From the NCBI RefSeq assembly GCF_009914755.1, contig NC_060936.1: a stretch of 64,000 nt of DNA, one strand, 5' to 3'. The position numbers and the translations under genes are program-made. Source of the stretch: the human T2T-CHM13v2.0 reference genome, Homo sapiens. Every line of letters starts with the position of its first letter. Positions within the stretch are counted from its first letter, which is position 1. This document shows, one piece after another, positions 54,733-64,000 of this stretch. The notes under the pieces are model-generated. The model saw only the letters and a program-made list of their open reading frames with translations, searched no databases and was not told the origin of the DNA.

Positions 54733-56231
54733 CTAAGTGACTTGCCCAAGGCCACATGGTCAGTGGTGTAGTAGTCTCCTCACCAGGGTGCTGTCAGTCC
54801 TGCCTGAGAAGTTTCACTGCAGCCTCTTATCCTGGTGCTGGATCTGCAATTTAACCAACATGTTCAGTAATTTGTGTATATTGTTTGTTCAAAGGGCAAA
54901 ACAACCTGTTTCCCGAAGCTTCCCATTACTCATGAAAGCATTCCAAGGGACTTCCCCCAGCCCTTCAAAAACCTGTTCTAACCACCTCTAGACCAACCAT
55001 GGCACAATGGTCACTCCTTCCTCTTGGCCCAATACACCCAAGTATGGCACCTGTATTTCTAATACCTACCACTTTACATGACTGTCATTCCCACTGGGCT
55101 AGTCCTGTACATTTTAATTCACTGATACTTAGCAAAATGGCTGGCTATCAGCCCAATAAATGTTTATTGAATGAATGAACACTATATTGAATGAAGGAAC
55201 AAGACTGAGCTGCATTATTTGGTGTAAGAACTCTAACTGCCCCACCATCAGAAATATGTGAATTCCTAATATATTCCTTTTATTTTCACCACTTGAATTT
55301 ATATTTATCAGACACTTGTCAATATTTTCTTTTATAATATTAATGAGAATCTATTAAACCACTCCATAGTCAGAGATGAGCAACTGCAGAAATGACAGGA
55401 GAAACAGCAAGAACATACTCAATGCAACCAATTGGCCTGAAAAGGAAATGAATTTAATTTTTTCCATGCCTGCGACTTTATGCTGTTCCGCACCCTCCCC
55501 AAGTGGGTGAAAGTAGCCATTTAAAGCATACATGTCAATACTTAAGACTTTAAAATAAAAAGTAAAATGGTTTTGAAATAAAAATAGAAATTATTTACAG
55601 AGCCTGTCCTGATTTGCTAACTGCTTTGGAAAAAACTTCCAGCTCTGAGTTGTGAAGCTTTGAGGGACCCAGAGTGACTGACAGCAATTCAGAGATGAGG
55701 GGCCTTTCAGCCAGAAAGGGGGACATCAAGCCACAGGACCTCAGGTCCTAGCCACCCTCTACTCCCTAGGTGGGAAAGAAGAAATCTCTTGCAGCCTTGG
55801 GCTCTGGAACAGGACAGATATTCCACAGGCCAAATGGACCTGCACTGGTGTCAGTGGACGGTAGAGGATGCTGTCCCAGTTAGAGCAAGGATGAGGTCCA
55901 AAGCTTAGCCCTGCCACTTCGTAATGAATGATCTTGTATGAAGCTTCTCAGCCTGCTGTTCCTCTGTGAAATGGGAAATGATACTGCCTACCTCGGGGGA
56001 CTATAAGAAGGAATAACAGGTTATTATGCATGCTGAGCACAAGACCTGGCACACAGGTACTCAATAAACAGCATGTGGTTTTTATTGGGTGGAGGGTGGA
56101 AGGCAATCCAGGGAAGGAAACAAGCCCAGGTGTGCACTAGGGCTGAAGGTCACTCAGATGGTCTGAGACACTGGTTCTCAACCCTGACTGGACATTAAAA
56201 TCAGAGAGGGAGCCTTTAAAATACCAGTGCT

Positions 56232-56565
<334 letters not shown>

Positions 56566-56874
56566 TCAATCAGCATCTGTGCGGGCAGGGCCCAGGCATT
56601 TTTTAAAAGCTCCTAGGAAGATTCTAATAGGTAGTGAGGGTTGAGATCCTCTGCTTGAAGCTAACAGAGCTGGAGACAAGTAATCATTGAACACACTTGC
56701 TAACAGTCCATCAAAGGAGGTCCCCGGCCCAAGAGTGAGGCCATCTCGGTTTCAGAATTAAAAGAAAAAACAGCCTTAAAATAGTAAACTTACCTATTTG
56801 CTAATCGTTTATACCATGTGCTAATAAAACACATCATAATTACGAAATTCTCAGAATGTAACCACTCTGGAAAA

Positions 56875-58014
56875 GTCATAACAAAGCTCAAGTGTTTATT
56901 AAGAATTAAAAATACTGTAAATAAGCCATACAGTTCATTTCACAGTAAACTAAACAAAACTTTTTTTTTTTTTTTTTACTTTTCGGGTTTTTTTTTTTTT
57001 TTTTTTTCAATTTTTTTTGGAAGGGCAAGACAGCCATTAAAGAACAATACAGCTCAGAGGGAAGGGAGATACAGCAAACAATTACACAAACGCAGTATGC
57101 ACGCTCCTTGCCGACAGGGCTGCCCAGACGGCAAACCTCTTCATGGACATGTTAAAATAAAAGGACTTGGCCTGCATTCCCCAGGGAGACCCCCTATTCC
57201 ACTGTAGACAGCTCTCCTCACGAATTTTTTGAAAGAACCCAAGGACTCCCCTTTCTGGTAGTCGAAACCTGTGCATTCCTTGGTGACCTCCGGAGAGAGA
57301 ACATGGGCCGGCAGTGGGGACAGAGGGCACCGGGACTCTGCTGGGTGTAGTGCTTCACATTCAGAACCGCCTGGATGCTTTGCATAGTTACCTCTGATAT
57401 CACAAGATGCGTCAGGAAGAGAAACGACACGCACACCATGAGGGAGGCAGCCCTCAAGCAGCGGATTCCTTTCAAAGAAAGACCCAGGGGCTTCTCCCCT
57501 CCTCATTCAGAGCTGACAGCTATGAGCTTTAACCGGTTCAAAGTGGAAGACAAGTGAGAGATATCTCATAAAAATTTCGGCCAGAACAAAAAAAAAAGTA
57601 AAATTAATTTTCCTTAAAGACAACTAGAAAGAAAAGGGTCCCCCCAACCCACCTTTTTTTTTTTTTTACTTGAAATCTGCCAGCCAGACAGGATTTCTGA
57701 GGTTAATCTGCTTCTGTTAATCCTCAATTTAAGCCTTTATCATTTTTCTCTGACTAGAGACATCCATGAAAAGCCACCTGTTATTCACAGGGGCTGCGCT
57801 TCAGGAAACCAACCAAATGCAGAAGCAGAGAACTTAAATATTGTAAATAAGTTAACTGGGCATGAAAATACAATGCCTTGGTGTTCAGGTGGTGACAACT
57901 GCTCTTTAAGAGGGGACAAGAAATTGGGGGGTAGGGGACACATGGGAAAAAACCACACATTTTTTGGTCATGAGAAATTGGACTTTAAATCCGCGCCCTG
58001 CACACGCAATTCAT
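56875..58014 (-). other. CKAP4: CKAP4 3'UTR (~1.1 kb; 3' end approximate)
   Basis: Repeat-free sequence between the stop codon and the AATAAA signal, with A/U tracts. Confidence 0.85.
56895..56900 (-). terminator. CKAP4 polyadenylation signal AATAAA
   Basis: tttatt on the + strand; upstream UGUA (56932-56929) and a downstream GU/U-rich element (~56835-56820). Confidence 0.8.
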
Positions 58015-59340
58015 TTAGACCTTTTCGTGAATCTTCTCCACTTTCACAAACAACCTATCCAGATCATTCCTCAGGTCATCTAGTAAACCCTTGGCTGATT
58101 CCAGATTGTTCTCGTTGGTTTCTATTTTGACCGAGTATGCAACCAAACTGTCCACAGCAGTCCTGAGCATTTTCAAGTCCGCCTCCACTTGGCTGACTGA
58201 GGCTTTCAGGTTGTCTAGAGAAGAAAGTCTGTCCAGGAAGTCCTGAGGAGGCAGACGGGCGGCCTGGGCTTGGTCCTGACTGAGCAGCGTGTGCACCTGC
58301 TCCTGCACCTTCTGGAGTGATTCCACGGTGCTGGGGAGCTCGCCCACACTCCTCTTCAGCTCCTCCACGTCACCGTAGAGCACCAGCTGGGTCTCGCCCA
58401 GGCTCCTCACCGTGCTGGCCAGGCCATCCTGGTCTGCCTCTGAGGACCCGAGGCCTTCCAGGCGCCCCTGCAGGGCGGCCAGGCGCTGCTCGTGCTCCTG
58501 GCTCTTGGACAGGAGGGACTCCAGGCTCTCGGTCTGGCGCGCAGAAGCCACCTGCATGGAGAGCACCCCATCCTCCACGTGCTGGAGCCTGGAGTCCAGT
58601 CCCTGACTCTTTTGCTGGAGTGCCTCAAAGGCTTCCGAGTGTCTGAAGCCTCCGTCCTCCTTCGGCCCGTGGGAATCGGACTTCAGCTGGCGGAGCTCTT
58701 CCTCCAGTCTCCGGATCTCCTCCGGGAGGCGGGAGACGGACTCCTCAGACCTGAGAAGCTTCTCCGTGAGGGCCTGCAGGGCGAGCCGCTCCGTGTCGGC
58801 CGCCTCCTTGAAAGCCTGCTGCTCCTGCTTGAGGCTCACCAGCTCGCGGACCTCGGTGTAGATGTCAGACTCCATAGTCTGAAGGGTACTTCTCAGGGCC
58901 TCCATGTCCCACTCTCTGGACTTGGCTGAGGTCTGTATCTCCTTCACAGCTTCCTTTAAGGCTTTCAAATCCTGCTTGTTCCCCTCAGATTCTTCCAGGG
59001 AGGCAACCTTTGCCTTCATGTCATTGATCTCCTTCTGGCTCCTCTTCTGGACTTCTGTGAAGATGGCGATGTTGTCGTTGATGGATTTGGTGAGCTCCGT
59101 CAGCCGCTCCTCCACCGTGTTCTCCAGGGACGTGAAGTCCCGCTCCCGGGCGTCCTTCACCACATGGATCCCATCCGAGAGGTCTTTGAGAATCTCATTC
59201 TGGAGTTTCTGCAGCACTTCGCTGATCCGGCTGACCTCACTCTCCCCTTGCTTCACAGCTTTCTCTGTGAGGTCTTGTTTATGTTGGGAGCTTCTCAAGA
59301 TGGACTCAAAAGTTCCAAATGTGGCTTGCAAAGACTGCAC
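58015..59340 (-). CDS. CKAP4: CKAP4 (CLIMP-63/p63) exon 2 coding part: C-terminal luminal coiled-coil, 441 aa; exon 1 lies beyond the window
   Basis: Open frame VQSLQATFGTFESILRSSQHKQ...LFVKVEKIHEKV* matches human CKAP4 as I recall it. It begins right after a splice acceptor (ttgattacAG|GTG, phase 0), so the ORF track's 'M' is really V. Stop TAA at 58017-58015. Confidence 0.98.
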   Translation of the reverse strand: MQSLQATFGTFESILRSSQHKQDLTEKAVKQGESEVSRISEVLQKLQNEILKDLSDGIHVVKDARERDFTSLENTVEERLTELTKSINDNIAIFTEVQKRSQKEINDMKAKVASLEESEGNKQDLKALKEAVKEIQTSAKSREWDMEALRSTLQTMESDIYTEVRELVSLKQEQQAFKEAADTERLALQALTEKLLRSEESVSRLPEEIRRLEEELRQLKSDSHGPKEDGGFRHSEAFEALQQKSQGLDSRLQHVEDGVLSMQVASARQTESLESLLSKSQEHEQRLAALQGRLEGLGSSEADQDGLASTVRSLGETQLVLYGDVEELKRSVGELPSTVESLQKVQEQVHTLLSQDQAQAARLPPQDFLDRLSSLDNLKASVSQVEADLKMLRTAVDSLVAYSVKIETNENNLESAKGLLDDLRNDLDRLFVKVEKIHEKV

Positions 59341-59370
59341 CTGTAATCAAAATCCAGACGTTAATTGCTG
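59341..59370 (-). promoter_or_regulatory. 3' splice site of CKAP4 intron 1 (candidate branch point TTAAC, weak pyrimidine tract, CAG)
   Basis: Minus strand reads caattaacgtctggattttgattacag|GTGCAG. Confidence 0.85.
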
Positions 59371-59954
59371 AGAAGAGCTGATGAGTTTCACATGATACAA
59401 CTTTTTTTGTCTGCCCAGCCTCCAGGTCCTGTTTTTTTCCAGAATGTCACCACAATTTTCCTTTGGAGAAACATCCTTCCACATATAGTCCATATGGTTT
59501 TAAGGACCAATCCTAGGGTCCCCTCCTAGTGCTCCAGGGATGATTTATAACCCAGGCCTGACTAATCAGGCTGCACAGCACAATGATTAATAACCTGGAA
59601 ATAAATGGATTAATAACCATTAAAGGTGGCACATGGTGCCACCTTTAATGCTTTGTTGCAAAAAAAAAAAAAAGAAAAAAAAAGGGAAAAGACAGAAAAC
59701 AAGAACCTGACTCTATCAAGTCCCCATCATGCAGAAGAGACATGTCGTGAGGATGCAATCAGCCAAACCCACAATGTGGAAAATTCTACAGGACAAAGAA
59801 CCAGGATCTTCAACAACTAAGTGGCATTTTAAAAGAAGGAAAAGCAGGAAACTTACAGACTGAAAGAAATTTAGGAAATTTTTCAATCAAATATAATGTG
59901 TGGATCTTCTATAGATCCTGATTTGAACAAACCAACTGTTAAAAAGACATCTTT

Positions 59955-60101
59955 GAGCTGGGCCTGGTGGTGTCCACCTGAAGTCCCAACTACTTGGGAA
60001 GCTAAGGTGACAGGTTGCCTTGAGCCCAGGAGTGCCTTGAGCCTGGGCAACAGAGTGAGGTTCTGTCTCTAAAACAACAAAAAAATTAAAAAATAAATAA
60101 A
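59955..60101 (+). mobile_element. FLAM / Alu monomer
   Basis: gctgggcctggtggtgtccacctgaagtcccaactacttgggaagc...gcctgggcaacagagtgag plus A-rich tail. Confidence 0.85.
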
Positions 60102-60284
60102 ATTTTTAAAGCCATTTTTGAAATAATCAAGAACTGTGATTCTGGACTGGGTGTCAGATGACATTCAAGTAATACTGTAATCTTTGTTAGGTATGATATG
60201 CTGTGTTCTGTTAAAACAAACAGGGAAAGGAGTACAAAGGGAAGGAAAGGAAAGGAACGCTTATCAGTTGGAAATAAATCCTAA

Positions 60285-60623
<339 letters not shown>

Positions 60624-61034
60624 TCATTTTAAAACTAATTCCTAATTCACTATCCCCTGGATCTGCCAGGACAACACAGGCTCTTTAGAGGCCCTAAAGC
60701 TGAACTGCCAACATTTTCTGAAGCCCTGGACCCACTTCTGCCTAGTAAATTTTCTGGCTTCAGGACAGGACAACCTCTCTGCCTGTGCTATGGCCATGCA
60801 ACACCAACAGCATCTGGAGAAGAAGGGAGACCAGGCTGGGCACGCATAGGGCAAGAGAGTGGTTCACAGTCAGACTTCTAACTCCAGCCAAAAAAAAAAA
60901 GTGGCAGAGGGGAAGAGTGCCGATGGAATGAAAAAAGAATGGCAAAACATCAGTAATTCTTGAAACTGAGGTTCATTATATTCTTTTTTTGTTTACACTT
61001 GAACACTGCCATGATAAAAAGTTAAAAAATAAAA

Positions 61035-61270
61035 CAGCACGGTCTCTGGAGCCAGACTGCCTAGGTTCAAATCATAACTTTAACACTTTCCAGCAGTGTG
61101 ATCTTGGGGAAGTTATTTAGCCTATCTGTACCTTGGTTTCCTCAGCTGAAGGATGGGAAAACAGTACCGGACTCATATGATTGTCTGTATGAAGATTAAG
61201 TGAATTAATAATATATCAAGTACTTAAACTGTGCCCAGCACATAGTGAACACTCAATACATGGCAGCTAT
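61035..61270 (+). mobile_element. MIR
   Basis: ctggagccagactgcctaggttcaaatc...gtgtgatcttggggaagttatttagcc. Confidence 0.8.
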
Positions 61271-63209
61271 TATCATCGTGATTATTTCCCATTTCTTCTG
61301 AAGCACCTGGTAAGTCTGCAGATTCCTAGAAATATCCTCAACCCATGCCAAAAGGCAGGAGGATAAACTGAAGTGGGATGTGAACAACATCCCTCAGCTC
61401 TCGTGCCAGCCCCACCAGTAGCCAGCTCTGTAAGCATGAAGAGTCACATTCACTTTCCGAGTCCCAGGCTCCTCATCCAATAGCAAATAGGTCTCTAAAG
61501 TGCTGTCTAGCTCCATCAGTCTGTTTTAAGGCAGATTAGAATAAGGTTCTCAGGGGCTCCAGAATACTAGACAATTTCCCTGCCCAACCAAATACAACCT
61601 GAGTCTTAAAGGACACTCTGTGAAGGTACTGGAGAGAGCCCATCTCTGAAACTACGTTATTAAATCACAGTGTCTGCCTGTTCTAAGCATAGCACTCAGA
61701 ACAGAGGTGTGAGCAGGTGAGCACAGTACCTTCAACATGGCAGGCTTTCATCCAGTGTTTTTTGATGGAATCACATAATGAGGGAATTCAAGCAAAGCCT
61801 GATGAGCTGGTCCATGTCTCCTCTGATCCCTGTCAGCCCTGACCTGCGCTGGCTCTTCACAAATGGTTAGGAAGGAGACTAGAACAGAAATTATATCCAA
61901 CCCCCAACACTATAAAAAAGAACATGGTGTTCCCCTACTGAGGGGACTATGAGTTGTGCATCTTTATGTGCAAATAATTCATTATCATCAATATGCATTG
62001 GAAATATCTGTTCCCCCAACAAATGTGGGATGCCCACTAAGTGGTAGGCAACAGGCAAGATGCCAGAGATGAAATAATGGCTAGGATCCTTGCCCTCAAG
62101 GTTACACCCTAGGGTGGGGGGACTGGGTGTTAGCAGTGGTTGACATTCAACCGGACACTTGTGATGGACCAATAACTATACAAAGGACTTCAGACACATC
62201 ATCTCATTACACCCTCACCATAATCTCATGAGTTGGTATCTCCCAGTGATCTCCATTTTACTAATGAGGAAACTGGTAAGTGGTAGGCTCAAACGTTAAA
62301 ATCCCAAAATGCTTGATTTCAGAACCTGAGCTCTCAACCAGTATGTGATATGCTCAGGCAGGGGCACTGACTTCAAAGTGCCCTGAGTACCTGGAAGAGA
62401 GACTGCCAACTCCTGAAGCCCTGACTCCTTAGCCAGAGAATCTAGACAAGAAAACAAAGAAATATGACCAGGGAGCTCACTCTTCCACAAATAGGTCCTA
62501 GTCTCATTAAACTGTCCCTACCAGGCCTAAGCCTACTCCTACCATTGCTTTATATCACGCTGGATCTGCCAGGGCAACACAGGCTCTTCAGAGGGCCTAG
62601 AGATGAACTGCCAACACTTTCTGAAGCCCAGGACCCACTTGTGCCTGCTGAATCCTCTGGGTAAGGACAGGCCTGCCTCTCTGCCTGTGCTACAGTCATT
62701 CAGAAGATTTGAGCCATTCTCCAATAACAAGAACATCTGGAGAACAAGAGACAGGTGGGCACCCAACTCCAGCTACACAACTTATGGTCTGTGTGTGACC
62801 TTGAATGAGTTACACAGCCAGTCCTCAGCTGCCCCATCTGCAAAATGGTACTACTAAATGATACCTGCCTCAGAGGGTGGCTGGGAGAACAGAAATCATG
62901 GCTATAAAGCATTTAATAGCATGGCTGACCCATAGTGAACAGTAATTATGAATACTGTAAGTATACTTCCCTGCTATGAACCAAACTCCACCCCCCAACA
63001 AGTAACCAAGAGTTATAAAAGGGTTCAAACTTAGGCTGTCAGAGAACCAAACACAACTGGTTCCTCAATGCAAAATAATTTATTTACTGGCCACCCCAAA
63101 GATACAGACAGAGTGGCCACATTCTATGGCAAATCTAACACTGTTCTGGCCATGTTCTGAGTCTCAAGTCAATGGAACATTTATTGGGCACCTACTATGT
63201 ACTAGGCTA

Positions 63210-63440
63210 AATAGTGGAGTGGTTAATAGTGTTCCAGGAGTTAGACAACAGTTTGGATCCTAGCCCAGCCACTAACTAGCTATATCACCGCTCAGTTACT
63301 TAGCCTCTCACTTTTCTCATCTGTCAAAGAGGGCTGATAATAGTACTTACCTCTTGGGGTTGTTGTGAGAGTCAGCAGATGATGCATTTTCAAATGCTTT
63401 GCATAGTGCCTGGCACGTAATAAGTGCACCATAAATATGA
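63210..63440 (+). mobile_element. MIR
   Basis: ttttctcatctgtcaaagaggggctgataatagtacttacctc...gcatagtgcctggcacgtaataagtg. Confidence 0.75.
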
Positions 63441-63490
63441 CACATTAAATTATAGTTTGATTACACTACTAAATTAAAAGAAAAGTGGTC

Positions 63491-63815
<325 letters not shown>

Positions 63816-64000
63816 TCACTATTTCAATTATTTTAGAGCCATGAGGATTCTTAAAAGTCTGGATGGAGCCCTCTTCTCATTGTGTGGGTGGGAAAACTGA
63901 GCCCCAAAGAAGAAAGTGATCTATATACATAGCTGTGATGGAGAAGGGGTGAGAAGCAAAAAGAAGGGACTAAGTGAGGGGCAGGGAGAAGCACAGAGAA

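Noticed and set aside
58317-59371. Plus-strand ORFs of 109-155 aa overlapping CKAP4 exon 2
   Set aside because: Antisense shadows of a GC-rich coding exon; no independent start context or splice support

Overview
Human (primate) genomic DNA. The right end holds the 3' half of CKAP4 (CLIMP-63/p63) on the minus strand: terminal exon 2 (441 codons of the luminal coiled-coil domain, 59340-58015), a ~1.1 kb 3'UTR with AATAAA at 56895-56900, and part of intron 1. From memory this is chr12q23.3, downstream towards NUAK1. The other ~56 kb is repeat-rich intergenic DNA: 17 Alu/FLAM copies, a full-length decayed L1PA7-like element, an L1PA3-like fragment nested in THE1D, LTR12 and MER41 solo LTRs, MaLR LTRs, DNA-transposon fossils and many MIR/L2 fragments (only the clearer ones are listed). 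Repeat subfamily names come from recalled consensus sequences and need RepeatMasker/Dfam confirmation. I found no convincing new multi-gene system. The best leads are: a set of local templated duplications and fold-back hairpins that repeat families do not explain; a well-formed 309-nt open minus-strand exon candidate at 43546-43854; an LTR12 promoter pointing antisense into the CKAP4 3'UTR; and a very young AluYa-type insertion in CKAP4 intron 1.
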